A DNA stretch of 50,058 nt from the NCBI GenBank assembly GCA_021847925.1, contig JAJZNI010000129.1, positions 1 to 50,058 of the forward strand. Direction: 5' to 3'. The notes under the pieces were generated by a model that saw nothing but the letters and a program-made list of their open reading frames with translations, searched no databases and had not been told where the DNA came from. Positions 18,787 through 28,258 of the stretch are shown piece by piece. The stretch comes from a bacterium (GTDB taxonomy: Bacteria; Chloroflexota; Dormibacteria; Aeolococcales; Aeolococcaceae). Numbering within the stretch: position 1 is the first letter of the stretch; each line of letters opens with the position of its first letter. A program made the translations under genes and the position numbers.

Positions 18787-19035
18787 ATGGACGGGCGGAT
18801 CACGAGCCGAGCGACCGGCGCCGCGGCCGGCTCGCCGCCGTGCGACGCCGCCGCGTGCATCACCTGCTCCGACGCGGCCGTGACCTGCCGGGTGCTGGAG
18901 GTGGATGGCGCCGGCCTGGCCCGGGTGGAGGTGGGATCCGAGCAGGAGACGGTGAGCGTCGCCCTCGTCGACGCCCGCCCCGGGGACACGGTTCTCGTGC
19001 ATGCCGGTGAGGCCATCGCCGTGGTGGGCGCCTGA
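18787..19035 (+). CDS. HypC/HupF-family protein, atypical paralog
   Basis: C-terminal 'VSVALVDARPGDTVLVHAGEAI' matches HypC. It has an internal CITC instead of the N-terminal MC. Confidence 0.75.
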   Translation: MDGRITSRATGAAAGSPPCDAAACITCSDAAVTCRVLEVDGAGLARVEVGSEQETVSVALVDARPGDTVLVHAGEAIAVVGA

Positions 19036-19037
19036 GC

Positions 19038-19310
19038 ATGTGCCTCGGCATCCCGGGAGAGATCATCGAGCTGGACGCGGAGCGCCCCGGCATGGCGACC
19101 GTCGACGTCGCGGGCGCCCGCCGGCAGGTGAACGTCCTGCTCCTCGAGGAGGAGGGGCTGGGCCCCGGTGACTGGGTGCTCATCCACGTCGGGTTCGCGC
19201 TCGCGCGCATCGATGAGGAGGAGGCGCAGGCGACCCTCGCCTACCTGGAGGAGATGGGCCAGGCGTATCGCGACGAGCTGCGCGCTCTCTCCTCCACGCG
19301 TCCCGGCTGA
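19038..19310 (+). CDS. hypC: Hydrogenase maturation chaperone HypC
   Basis: MCLGIPG...GDWVLIHVGFALARIDEEEA. Confidence 0.95.
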   Translation: MCLGIPGEIIELDAERPGMATVDVAGARRQVNVLLLEEEGLGPGDWVLIHVGFALARIDEEEAQATLAYLEEMGQAYRDELRALSSTRPG

Positions 19311-19322
19311 CGGGGGCCGCGA

Positions 19323-20450
19323 TTGCGCTTCGTCGACGAGTACCGCGATCGCGAGAAGGCCCAGGCGCTGGCGGCGCGCATCGCCCGCCACTGCGAGCCG
19401 GGGCGCCGCCGCGGTCTCATGGAGATCTGCGGGGGCCACACCCACACCATCTACAAGCACGGCATCGAGGGCTACCTGCCCCCCGAGGTCGAGCTGGTGC
19501 ACGGCCCCGGCTGCCCGGTCTGCGTGATCCCCATGGGGCGGGTGGACGACGCGGTGTGGATGGCCCAGCAGGAGGGCGTGATCCTGACCTCGTTCGGCGA
19601 CCTGCTGCGGGTGCCCGGGGGCCGCGGCTCCTTCCTCGACGCCAAGGCGCGGGGCTGCGACATCAGGATGGTGTACTCGCCGCTCGACGCGCTGCGGGTG
19701 GCGCGGGAGAACCCCCACCGGCGGGTGGTCTTCATGGCCATCGGGTTCGAGACCACCGCCCCGTCGACCGCCATGACGGTGCTCCGCGCCGCCGCGGAGG
19801 GCATCCCCAACTTCTCGGTCTTCTGCAACCACGTCCTGGTCATACCGGCGATGCGCGCCATCCTGGCCGCGCCGGACCTGCGCATCGACGGCTTCATCGG
19901 CCCCGGGCATGTCTCCACCGTGATCGGCTGCGAACCCTACCGCTTCATCGCCGAGGAGCACCGGAAGCCCCTGGTGGTGTCGGGGTTCGAGCCGCTCGAC
20001 GTCCTGCAGTCCATCGAGATGCTGCTGGCCCAGCTGAGCGAGGGCCGGGCCGCGGTCGAGAACCAGTACACGAGGGTGGTCCCCTGGGAGGGCAACCCGC
20101 GCGCCCTGAGGGCCATCGACCGGGTGATGGAGCCGCGCGCCACCTTCGAGTGGCGGGGCCTGGGCTGGATCCCGGACTCGGCGCTGCGCCTGCGCGAGGA
20201 GTACGCGCATCTCGACGCTGAGCGGCTCTTCGAGCTGCCCCAGACGCGGGTGCCCGACCCCCAGGCCTGCCAGTGCGGAGAGGTGCTGCGCGGCGCCATC
20301 AAGCCGTGGGAGTGCCGCGTCTTCGGCACCGCGTGCACTCCGGAGCGTCCGATCGGGACCTGCATGGTCTCCTCGGAGGGGGCTTGTGCCGCCTACTACA
20401 ACTTCGGACGGTTCCAGCGCCGGCGCCTCCGCGAGGCGGCCCCGGCATGA
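19323..20450 (+). CDS. hypD: Hydrogenase maturation protein HypD
   Basis: MEICGGHT, GPGCPVC, GFETT, PGHVS, GFEP, CQCGEVL, CMVSSEGACAA. TTG start. Confidence 0.96.
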   Translation: MRFVDEYRDREKAQALAARIARHCEPGRRRGLMEICGGHTHTIYKHGIEGYLPPEVELVHGPGCPVCVIPMGRVDDAVWMAQQEGVILTSFGDLLRVPGGRGSFLDAKARGCDIRMVYSPLDALRVARENPHRRVVFMAIGFETTAPSTAMTVLRAAAEGIPNFSVFCNHVLVIPAMRAILAAPDLRIDGFIGPGHVSTVIGCEPYRFIAEEHRKPLVVSGFEPLDVLQSIEMLLAQLSEGRAAVENQYTRVVPWEGNPRALRAIDRVMEPRATFEWRGLGWIPDSALRLREEYAHLDAERLFELPQTRVPDPQACQCGEVLRGAIKPWECRVFGTACTPERPIGTCMVSSEGACAAYYNFGRFQRRRLREAAPA

Positions 20451-21523
20451 GCGAGAGGAGCGAGGACGACGTCCTGGAGCGGATCGACCGCATCCGCCGC
20501 CGCCCGGCCCGCGTCGCGGACGAACGCATCACGCTGGCCCATGGCTCGGGAGGGCGCGCGACCCACAGCCTCATCGACGCCGTCTTCCTGGACGCGTTCC
20601 GCAACCCCCTCCTCGAGCCGCTCGAGGACCAGGCGATCTTCACGGCCGGCGGGGCGCGGCTCGCCTTCACCACCGACACCTTCGTGGTCTCCCCCCTCTT
20701 CTTCCCGGGGGGCGACATCGGCGACCTGGCCGTGAACGGCACCGTCAACGACCTCGCGGTGTCGGGGGCGCGACCGCTCTACCTCTCGGCGGGCTTCGTC
20801 CTGGAGGAGGGCTTCCCCGTCGCCGACCTCCGTCGCGTCGTCGCCTCCATGGCAGCCGCCGCGCGGCGCGCGGGGGTGCAGGTGGTCACGGGCGACACCA
20901 AGGTCGTGCAGCGGGGCAAGGCCGACTCCTGCTTCATCAACACCGCCGGGGTGGGGCTCCTCGAGCGACCGGTGCGGCTCTCGGCGGCGGCGGCCCAGCC
21001 CGGGGACCGCGTCATCGTCTCGGGGCCGATCGGGGACCACGGCATCACCGTGATGCTCGCGCGTGGAGAGCTGGGCATCTCGGCGGAGCTGAGCAGCGAC
21101 ACGGCGCCCCTCACCGAGCTGGTGGGACTGCTGCTCGACGCCGCGCCCGCGACCCGGTTCATCCGGGACGCGACCCGGGGTGGCGTGGCGACCATCTGCA
21201 ACGAGCTGGCCCTGGCCTCAGAGGTCGCGGTGGTGCTCGACGAGGGCGCCATCCCGGTGCGCCCCGAGGTGCGCGGCGCCTCGGAGATCCTCGGCATCGA
21301 CCCCCTCTACGTGGCGTGCGAGGGACGCTTCGTGGCGGTGGTGCCGGCCGAGCAGGCGGACGCCGCGGCCCGAGCACTGCGCTCCCACCCCCAGGGGGAG
21401 GCGGCCGCCGTCATCGGCCGGGTGGAGGGAGACCCCGCTGCCATGGTCCTGGTCGACACCGAGTTCGGGGGCCAGCGCATCGTCGACATGCTGGTGGGCG
21501 ACCAGCTCCCCCGCATCTGCTGA
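20447..21523 (+). CDS. hypE: Carbamoyl dehydratase HypE
   Basis: LAHGSGG, GDLAVNGTVNDLA, TGDTKVV, RDATRGG, C-terminal PRIC. ATGA overlap with hypD. Confidence 0.96.
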   Translation: MSERSEDDVLERIDRIRRRPARVADERITLAHGSGGRATHSLIDAVFLDAFRNPLLEPLEDQAIFTAGGARLAFTTDTFVVSPLFFPGGDIGDLAVNGTVNDLAVSGARPLYLSAGFVLEEGFPVADLRRVVASMAAAARRAGVQVVTGDTKVVQRGKADSCFINTAGVGLLERPVRLSAAAAQPGDRVIVSGPIGDHGITVMLARGELGISAELSSDTAPLTELVGLLLDAAPATRFIRDATRGGVATICNELALASEVAVVLDEGAIPVRPEVRGASEILGIDPLYVACEGRFVAVVPAEQADAAARALRSHPQGEAAAVIGRVEGDPAAMVLVDTEFGGQRIVDMLVGDQLPRIC

Positions 21524-21636
21524 CACCGCAGGGGACCGCGAGGCGCGGGGCGACGCGCGGGGTACGCGCGTGCTAGGGTGGTGAGAGGTCCCACGAGCTC
21601 GTGGTCATGCGCCACCTCGCACGGAGGGCAGAGGAG

Positions 21637-21840
21637 ATGACCCATCTCACCTCGCCGTACGCAGCGCCCACGATCATCTATGACACTGCGACCGGTCCCA
21701 TCGAAGCACGCCTGTGCCCCGGGTGCGGGCTCCCCGAGCGCCTGTGGAAGGAGGATGGCGGGAGGGGTCACGTGACCGCGGACGGCGACAGCTACTGCTG
21801 CCGCGGGTGTGCCGACCAGACGGGGTGCACCTGCGTCTGA
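21637..21840 (+). CDS. Small Cys-rich protein, bacterial metallothionein-like
   Basis: 67 aa with 7 Cys (CPGC ... GDSYCCRGCADQTGCTCV). GGAGGG/GAGGAG upstream and a -10-like TAGGGT at 21574. Confidence 0.65.
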   Translation: MTHLTSPYAAPTIIYDTATGPIEARLCPGCGLPERLWKEDGGRGHVTADGDSYCCRGCADQTGCTCV

Positions 21841-22025
21841 CGCGGGCACGCGAGGGGGCCGCGTCGATCCGGGCTCGCGTTCCGTCTTCACCGAGGGCAT
21901 TCCGGCATGGACCACACCTCCGCGCGCAGCGACCCCGCGCTCCGCCAGCACGCCTGCTTGCAGCGAGTACGACCACCGGCGTGATCGGACAGCACTCCGA
22001 GGTCACCCGCGAGCGGCGGAGCCCC

Positions 22026-23204
22026 ATGCCGGGCATGAGCCCGGTCGACGGCGCGAGGGACCGCGCACCGACCGTGGAGGGGAGCCTCCCGGACGGGCGC
22101 CGGCGAATCGTCGCTGCCGACGTGCTTCGCGTGGTGGCGGCGTTCGCCGTCATCGGCACCCATGTGCTCGCATGGACGCCCTCCCGCGCCCCCTGGACGG
22201 AGATGCAGCAGCTCACCCGCTTCGCCCTGCCGCTGTTCGTGATCGTGAGCGGGCTGCTGCTCCAGCACCGGTACGCGCACACCCCCCGGGGGATGGGCTT
22301 CCTGCGCCATCGATTCTCCCGAACCCTGGTGCCCTGGATCGCCTGGGCACCGGTTTTGTTCCTGCTCGGGCTGACCGCGACCGGTCAGGTGTCGCGAGCG
22401 GGCGGAGCGGGGAACTGGTGGGAGTACGGCGCGGGTCACCTCTGGTTCCTGCTGCTCATACCCCAGATGTACCTGGTCTTCACGATCTGGCCGAGGCGGC
22501 ACCTGTGGCGCTGGGCGGGCCTAGCGATGCTGATCCAGACGGGGCTCCAGGTGCAGCGCCTCGCCTGGCCGATGGGCGCGCACAGCCTCGCCGCGGTGCC
22601 GACCCTCTGGTTCGGCTTCCTGCTCTTCCCCTACTGGATCGGCTACTTCGGGGTGGGAATCGCCGCCAGCCGGTGGCTGCCCGGTGATGGTCGGGCGTCC
22701 CCGCGCCGGCTGATCGGGGGCGCGATCACCGTCGCGGGCGGAGCCGTGCTGGCCGTGTGGTCACCGCTCAGCTCGGCGGCGAACGGCCAGTTCGACCAGG
22801 GCACGGGCGCCTTCCTCGACCCGGCGCTCGCCCCCCTCGTGCTCGGCGTGCTCATCGTCGCCGCGAGCGCCGGCGAACGTGCGCTGACACCGTTCCCCGC
22901 GCTCGCGGGGCTCGTCCGGCGGTTGAGCGGATGGAGCCTGGGCATCTACATCGTCCACCCGCTGGTGCTGAACACCGTGACCGCCGCGCTCCTCGGGTCC
23001 GAGCTCGGCAGCGGCGACCCGTGGGTGGTCGCGAGCAGCGCCCTCGCCGGCTTCGCCGTGACCCTGGCCGTCAGCGCGGCGCTGGTCAGGTTGATCGAGG
23101 CGACGCCGGCGGCTCCGACGGTGGGACTGAGCCGGCGGACGCTGCCGCCCGGCCCCGGGGGGTACCCGCACCATCCACCGGCGGGACAGCACGCGCGCCA
23201 CTGA
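22026..23204 (+). CDS. Membrane-bound acyltransferase 3 family protein
   Basis: R...ADVLRVVAAFAVIGTH, FALPLFVIVSG, RFSRTLVPW, HLWFL, SLGIYIVH; multiple TM segments. Start uncertain (22026 or 22035). Confidence 0.85.
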   Translation: MPGMSPVDGARDRAPTVEGSLPDGRRRIVAADVLRVVAAFAVIGTHVLAWTPSRAPWTEMQQLTRFALPLFVIVSGLLLQHRYAHTPRGMGFLRHRFSRTLVPWIAWAPVLFLLGLTATGQVSRAGGAGNWWEYGAGHLWFLLLIPQMYLVFTIWPRRHLWRWAGLAMLIQTGLQVQRLAWPMGAHSLAAVPTLWFGFLLFPYWIGYFGVGIAASRWLPGDGRASPRRLIGGAITVAGGAVLAVWSPLSSAANGQFDQGTGAFLDPALAPLVLGVLIVAASAGERALTPFPALAGLVRRLSGWSLGIYIVHPLVLNTVTAALLGSELGSGDPWVVASSALAGFAVTLAVSAALVRLIEATPAAPTVGLSRRTLPPGPGGYPHHPPAGQHARH

Positions 23205-23228
23205 GGCGCCGTCACCGCCGCGCGAGGG

Positions 23229-23570
23229 CTACTCGATCTGGCGCTTGACGGACTCGGGGTCGGCGCAGCCGACGATCCAGGCGTCGTAGTCGGCGCCCTC
23301 GAACACGATCCGCACCCCCCGCGGGGTGTTGTGGTGAACGGCGGCGAAGAGGCGCTCACCACCGCCCGTGATGCTCGCCACCTCGAAGACGCCGGGCAGG
23401 CGTCCGCCGACCTTGAAGCCGTGATCCGCCGGCTCGTGGGCGTTGTCCAGCACCTCGACCGACCGCACCGACGAGCGCGGGGCGCGCAGATCGGCGTGCA
23501 CCCCCTCGAGCTTCTCCGCGGGGGTGAGGTGAAGCACGAGGTCGTCCCCGTCGATCCTGAGCTCTGCCAT
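23229..23570 (-). CDS. Hypothetical protein (113 aa, beta-rich appearance)
   Basis: MAELRIDGDDLVLHLTPAEKLEG...GRLPGV...IVGCADPE. Protein-like composition; -10-like CATAAT upstream. Confidence 0.7.
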   Translation of the reverse strand: MAELRIDGDDLVLHLTPAEKLEGVHADLRAPRSSVRSVEVLDNAHEPADHGFKVGGRLPGVFEVASITGGGERLFAAVHHNTPRGVRIVFEGADYDAWIVGCADPESVKRQIE

Positions 23571-23662
23571 CCGTGTCTGCGCATTATGGTCCAGCACGGC
23601 GCGCTCCGCGAGGGCCTCGGCTCGGGGCCGGCGGCGGCCGGCCGGCGAGGCGGCGCCGCGGA

Positions 23663-24199
23663 TCATCGCGCGGCGAAGATGGTGGCGCGGTAGTAGAGGA
23701 GCTCGGCGACCGACTCGCGAACATCGTCGAGGGCCCGGTGCGTCTCCGCCTTGGCGGGAGCTCGCAGCAGCACGTCCGGGTACCAGCGGCGGCAGAGCTC
23801 CTTGATGCTCGACACGTCGACCGACCGGTAGTGGAGAAACGCCTCGATCTCGGGCAGCTGCGCCGCCAGGAAGCGGCGGTCGGTGCCGATGGAGTTGCCG
23901 CAGAGCGGCACGGTCCGCGGTGCCGGGATGTGCCGCCGAAGGAACTCCAGGGTGAGCCGGCCCGCCTCCTCGAGGGACGTCGACGACGCCGCGATGGCGT
24001 CCAGGAGGCCGGACGCCGTGTGCATGGCGCGGACGGTGCCGTCCATCCGCCGGAGCTGGGCCGCGTCGGCGTGGACGATGATGTCCGGGCCCTCCGCCAC
24101 CACCGCGAGCTCATCGTCGGTGATGAGCGTGGCGATCTCCACGATCACGTCGCGCGCGGGGTCGAGGCCGGTCATCTCGAGGTCCATCCAGGCCAGCAC
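23663..24199 (-). CDS. orn: Oligoribonuclease
   Basis: WMDLEMTGLD, EIATLITD, MH..SGL, LCGNSIGTDRRFL, HYRSVDVSSIKELCRRW, HRALDD. Confidence 0.95.
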   Translation of the reverse strand: MLAWMDLEMTGLDPARDVIVEIATLITDDELAVVAEGPDIIVHADAAQLRRMDGTVRAMHTASGLLDAIAASSTSLEEAGRLTLEFLRRHIPAPRTVPLCGNSIGTDRRFLAAQLPEIEAFLHYRSVDVSSIKELCRRWYPDVLLRAPAKAETHRALDDVRESVAELLYYRATIFAAR

Positions 24200-24312
24200 G
24201 GCCGATCATGGTACGGGCCGGCGCGCGAGGATGCGGCCGCCCGCTCGCGGACCTCCGCGCCCGCTCGGCGGCGGGGGGCGCGCCGCCAGCCCGCGGATGC
24301 CCTTACATACAC

Positions 24313-24329
24313 ATACCCTGTAAGGGTAT
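24313..24329. promoter_or_regulatory. CsoR operator overlapping the copA -10 element
   Basis: Perfect inverted repeat ATACCCT-GTA-AGGGTAT (17 bp), matching the TACCC-N5-GGGTA CsoR-type consensus. It overlaps TATTAT at 24327, 6 nt before the copA ATG. Confidence 0.88.
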
Positions 24330-24338
24330 TATGGGCCC

Positions 24339-26843
24339 ATGGCCGACACCGCCCCGCCCGCCGAGCAGATCGAGCTCGAGATCGAGGGCATGACCTGCGC
24401 CTCGTGCGTCCGCCGCGTGGAGCGGGCTCTGACCGGGCTTCCCGACGTCCGGATCGCGAGCGTCAACCTGGTGACCGAGAGGGCTCTGGTCACCCTCGCC
24501 CCGACGGCCAGCCCGGATCGGGTCCGGGAGGCGGCCGCTCGGGCCGTCGGCGCCGCCGGGTACTCGGTCCGGGCCGAGGCGACCGCTCCCGCCGAGCCGG
24601 GCGGGCACCTCCAGCTCGCCATCAGCGGGATGACCTGCGCCTCCTGCGTCCGCCGGGTGGAGCGCGCCCTGGGCAGCGTCGACGGGGTCGGCTCGGCGAG
24701 CGTCAACCTCACCACGGAGATGGCCGACGTGGTCCTCTCCACCCCGGTGGACGCGGCCCGCCTGGTTGCCGCGGTGGCCGCGGCCGGGTACGGCGCGGAA
24801 CCCCTCGTGGGCCGGAAGAGCCCGCGCGAGGAGGCGGAGGAGCGGCGCGCCCGGCGCCGCTCCTCCATCCGGGCCCGCGCCGGGCGCGTGGCGGTCGGAG
24901 CCGCCCTCAGCGTGGCCGTCGTGGTCCTCAGCTACGGGTTCGGCTCCGCACGCTGGTCCCCGTACGTGCAGCTCGCGCTCGCCCTCCCCGTCTGGGGGTG
25001 GGTGGGCTGGATCTTCCACCGCGGGGCGCTGGCCACGGCCCGGCACCTCACCGCCAACATGGACACCCTGGTGTCGCTGGGATCGAGCGTGGCCTTCGTG
25101 TACTCGGCGGTCGCCATCTTCGCGCTCCCCGGGCGGACCACGTACTTCGACGTCGCCGCGCTCATCGTCACGCTGATCAGCGTCGGCAAGCTCCTCGAGA
25201 TCGTCGCCCGCGGCCGGGCGGGGGATGCCATCGAGGCCCTGGCCGGGCTGCAGCCGCGCACCGCCCACCTGCTGGCACGGGCCGCCTCCGCGGATCGCTG
25301 GGCCGAGGCACAGGCCATGGACGTCCCCGCCGAGACGCTCCGGGTGGGCGACGTCCTCCAGGTCCGCCCCGGCGAGCGGATCCCGACCGACGCGACGGTC
25401 GTGGACGGGACCGGAAGCGTCGACGAGTCCATGCTCACCGGGGAGAGCCTTCCGGTCAGCAAGCGCCGCGGAGACGACGCCGTGGGAGCCACGATCAACG
25501 GGACGGTCCCCCTGGTGCTGCGCGTCACCAGGGTCGGCGCCGACACCGTTCTCAGCCAGATCCTCGCCCTGGTGGAGCGGGCACAGACGGAGAAGGCGCC
25601 GGTGCAGCGCCTCGCCGACCGGGTCTCGTCCGTCTTCGTGCCGGCCATCCTGCTCGCGGCACTCGCCACCTTTGCCGGCTGGATGCTGAGCGGGCACGGC
25701 TTCGTGAACGCCATGGTCCCGGCGGTGGCGGTGCTGGTGGTGGCCTGCCCGTGCGCCCTGGGCCTCGCCACCCCGGTCGCGGTGATGGTCGGCACCGGCC
25801 GCGGCGCGGAGATGGGCCTGCTCATCCGCGGCGGCGAGGCACTGGAGCGGATCCGCGCCCTGCGGGCCGTGGTCTTCGACAAGACGGGCACGCTGACCCT
25901 GGGGACGCCTGCCGTCGTCGACGTGTCGCCGGTGGGTGGCGCGGACGTGCGGCGGGCGCTGGTCCTGGCGGCGGCGATCGAGCAGGCGTCGGAGCACCCG
26001 CTGGCGCGGGCCGTGGTGAATGCGGCCCCCGCCGGACCGCTCCCTGCTGCCCAGGGCATCGAGGCGGTCCCCGGCGGCGGCGTGCGGGGCCGCGTGGACG
26101 GCTCGGAGGTCGCCGTCGGGTCGATGCGCTGGCTCGCTGAGATCGGGGCGGAGACCGGCGCCGGCACGTCCCTCGCGGACGCCGCGGCCCAGCGTGCCCG
26201 GAGCCCGTTCGGAGTGGCGGTCGACGGCCGCGTGGCGGCGGTGATCTCGGTCGCGGACCCCCTGCGACCGGACAGCGCCCGCGGCGTGGAGCGCCTGCGC
26301 GCGCTGGGCCTCCACGTCGTGCTGGCCACCGGGGACGTGCGGGCCAGCGCGGAGGCGATCGCCACCGAGGCGGGGATCCCCGAGGTCCGCGCGGAGCTCC
26401 GCCCGCAGGACAAGGCGGCGCTCGTGCGCGAGCTGCGCGCGGCTCACGGCCCGGTGGCCATGGTGGGAGACGGCATCAACGACGCCCCCGCCCTGGCCCT
26501 GGCCGACGTGGGCATCGCCATGGCGAGCGGGACCGGGGTGGCCATGGCCGCGGCGGACATCACCATCGTCCACGGCGACATCGAGGCCGTGAGCCTCGCG
26601 ATCGCGCTCTCCCGCGCCACGCTGCGGACGATCCGGCAGAACCTGGCCTGGGCCTTCGGCTACAACGTGCTCCTGGTGCCGCTCGCCGCCGTCGGCATCC
26701 TGCCGCCGATCTGGGCCGCCCTGGCGATGGCCTGCAGCTCCGTGAGCGTCGTCCTCAACGCCCTGCGCCTGCGGCGCTTCGGCAACCCGGCGCAGCGGTC
26801 GGCGGCCCAGATCACGGCCGGGGAGCCCGCCATCGCCGTCTGA
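24339..26843 (+). CDS. copA: Cu(I)-exporting P1B-1 ATPase with two HMA domains
   Basis: Two GMTCASC motifs, [31 protein letters not shown] and MxxSS Cu(I) signature. Confidence 0.95.
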   Translation: MADTAPPAEQIELEIEGMTCASCVRRVERALTGLPDVRIASVNLVTERALVTLAPTASPDRVREAAARAVGAAGYSVRAEATAPAEPGGHLQLAISGMTCASCVRRVERALGSVDGVGSASVNLTTEMADVVLSTPVDAARLVAAVAAAGYGAEPLVGRKSPREEAEERRARRRSSIRARAGRVAVGAALSVAVVVLSYGFGSARWSPYVQLALALPVWGWVGWIFHRGALATARHLTANMDTLVSLGSSVAFVYSAVAIFALPGRTTYFDVAALIVTLISVGKLLEIVARGRAGDAIEALAGLQPRTAHLLARAASADRWAEAQAMDVPAETLRVGDVLQVRPGERIPTDATVVDGTGSVDESMLTGESLPVSKRRGDDAVGATINGTVPLVLRVTRVGADTVLSQILALVERAQTEKAPVQRLADRVSSVFVPAILLAALATFAGWMLSGHGFVNAMVPAVAVLVVACPCALGLATPVAVMVGTGRGAEMGLLIRGGEALERIRALRAVVFDKTGTLTLGTPAVVDVSPVGGADVRRALVLAAAIEQASEHPLARAVVNAAPAGPLPAAQGIEAVPGGGVRGRVDGSEVAVGSMRWLAEIGAETGAGTSLADAAAQRARSPFGVAVDGRVAAVISVADPLRPDSARGVERLRALGLHVVLATGDVRASAEAIATEAGIPEVRAELRPQDKAALVRELRAAHGPVAMVGDGINDAPALALADVGIAMASGTGVAMAAADITIVHGDIEAVSLAIALSRATLRTIRQNLAWAFGYNVLLVPLAAVGILPPIWAALAMACSSVSVVLNALRLRRFGNPAQRSAAQITAGEPAIAV
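24390..24671 (+). repeat. Intragenic direct repeat: duplicated HMA coding segment in copA
   Basis: atgacctgcgcctcStgcgtccgccgSgtggagcg at 24390 and 24630, 240 bp apart. Both encode [14 protein letters not shown]. Confidence 0.8.
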
Positions 26844-26894
26844 CCCCGACCACCCCACCAGGATCACCCGCACCCACCCACACGGAGAGATGAC

Positions 26895-27104
26895 ATGCCG
26901 GCCCTCAACCTGATCGCCCCCGACATCAGCTGCGACCACTGCAAGCACACCATCGAGACCGAGCTCCCCACGCTCGAGGGGGTCGGGGTGGTCGAGGTGG
27001 AGGTGCCCACCAGGACGGTCCACGTCACCTACGACGACACGGTCACCGGGGAGCCCGCGATCCGCGCCCGGCTCGACGAGATCGGCTACCCGGTCGGGGG
27101 CTGA
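26895..27104 (+). CDS. copZ: Copper chaperone
   Basis: 69-aa HMA domain with ISCDHC and terminal GY, immediately after copA. Confidence 0.9.
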   Translation: MPALNLIAPDISCDHCKHTIETELPTLEGVGVVEVEVPTRTVHVTYDDTVTGEPAIRARLDEIGYPVGG

Positions 27105-27113
27105 GGGGCCTCC

Positions 27114-27392
27114 ATGGCGGCACCCGGGTACAGCGCCGACAGGGCCTCGCTCCAGGCCCGGCTGGCGAGGATCGAGGGGCAGGTGCGCGGTCTCCAGCGG
27201 ATGCTGGACGAGGACCGCTACTGCATCGACGTCCTCACCCAGGTGACGGCGGTGAAGGCGGCGCTCGACAAGGTGGCGCTGGCCCTCCTCGACGACCACG
27301 TCAGCCACTGCGTCGTCGACTCCGTCCGGGAGGGCACCCACGCGGAGAAGATCCGGGAGCTCACCGACGCGATCGGACGCTACCTGGGCTGA
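27114..27392 (+). CDS. csoR: Copper-sensing repressor CsoR
   Basis: RLARIEGQVRGL..M...RYCIDVLTQ...HVSHC; intact C-H-C ligand set. Lies in the copA-copZ operon. Confidence 0.9.
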   Translation: MAAPGYSADRASLQARLARIEGQVRGLQRMLDEDRYCIDVLTQVTAVKAALDKVALALLDDHVSHCVVDSVREGTHAEKIRELTDAIGRYLG

Positions 27393-27422
27393 GCCGGTGG
27401 CCGGGCCGCCCCGCCCCGGCGC

Positions 27423-27692
27423 TCATGCCAGCGAGAGGAAGAGGCGCTCGAGCCGCTCCTCATCGGTGGCGGCCGCCCCACCGTCCCGCGACGCGTCGCG
27501 GCACTGCTGGAGACCGGTGGCGATGAGCCGGAACCCGGCCCGGTCGACCGCGTGCGACACCGCGGAGAGCTGGGTGACCACGTCCGCGCAGTCGCGGCCC
27601 TCCTCCAGCATGCGGATGACGCCCCGGAGCTGCCCCTCGGCGCGGCGGAGCCGCCGGACCACCTCGTGGGTCGCGGGCTCGTCAAGCTGCAC
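27423..27692 (-). CDS. Second CsoR/RcnR-family regulator lacking the Cu-binding His (CstR/Rv1766-like)
   Basis: RLRRAEGQLRGVIRMLEEGRDCADVVTQL...IATGLQQC. Both Cys are kept; His is replaced by Gly. Confidence 0.85.
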   Translation of the reverse strand: MQLDEPATHEVVRRLRRAEGQLRGVIRMLEEGRDCADVVTQLSAVSHAVDRAGFRLIATGLQQCRDASRDGGAAATDEERLERLFLSLA

Positions 27693-27728
27693 GCCCGTCT
27701 CCCCGGAGCGCGGGAGCCGTCCCGCCGC

Positions 27729-28106
27729 TCACGCGCTTCTCGTGGCGGCGCTGGCCTCTTCGACCTGGCGTCGCACGTCCGCCATGTCCAGGCCGCGAAC
27801 CGCGTCGATCAGCTTGGCCAGGCTCGCCGCCGGCAGGGCGCCCGGCTGGGAGAAGACCAGGATGCCGTCGCGGAAAGCCATCAGGGTGGGGATGGACATG
27901 ATGCCGAGCGACCCGGCGAGACCGGGCTCCGCGTCCGTGTCCACCTTGCCGAAGACGATGTCGGGGTGCTCACCGGACGCGGCATCGAACACGGGCCCGA
28001 AGGCGCGGCACGGCCCGCACCAGGCTGCCCAGAAGTCGACCAGGACGATGCCATCCCGGCTCACGGTTTCGGTGAAGGTCTTCTCGTTCAGGGCGATGGT
28101 GGACAT
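27729..28106 (-). CDS. trxA: Thioredoxin
   Basis: VLVDFWAAWCGPCR, SIPTL. GGAGG RBS. Confidence 0.93.
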   Translation of the reverse strand: MSTIALNEKTFTETVSRDGIVLVDFWAAWCGPCRAFGPVFDAASGEHPDIVFGKVDTDAEPGLAGSLGIMSIPTLMAFRDGILVFSQPGALPAASLAKLIDAVRGLDMADVRRQVEEASAATRSA

Positions 28107-28122
28107 GGTGCCTCCAGCATGG

Positions 28123-28170
28123 ATACCCGCCAGGGTATTATTCCTGCGGTCATCATACCTCCGGGGGTAT
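28123..28170. promoter_or_regulatory. Tandem CsoR-family operators (16 bp each) upstream of the trx-regulator operon
   Basis: ATACCC-GCCA-GGGTAT (28123-28138) and ATACCT-CCGG-GGGTAT (28155-28170), 32 bp apart. Confidence 0.8.
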
Positions 28171-28258
28171 TGAGCGAAACGGGCCCGCGGGGCCGGGGCC
28201 GGGGCCCGGGAGGGGCCCCGGCGGGCGATAGACTGGGGCGGGGCCGAGGAGGTGAGGC

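Noticed and set aside
24390-24671. Direct repeat as a mobile-element footprint
   Set aside because: It is the ordinary tandem HMA domain duplication inside copA.
28181-28220. GGGGCC run as a functional G-quadruplex
   Set aside because: G-runs are abundant at this GC content and there is no independent support.
21524-28258. Genomic island or transposon interrupting the hyp genes
   Set aside because: No integrase, transposase, tRNA, terminal repeats or visible composition shift, and the block contains housekeeping orn.
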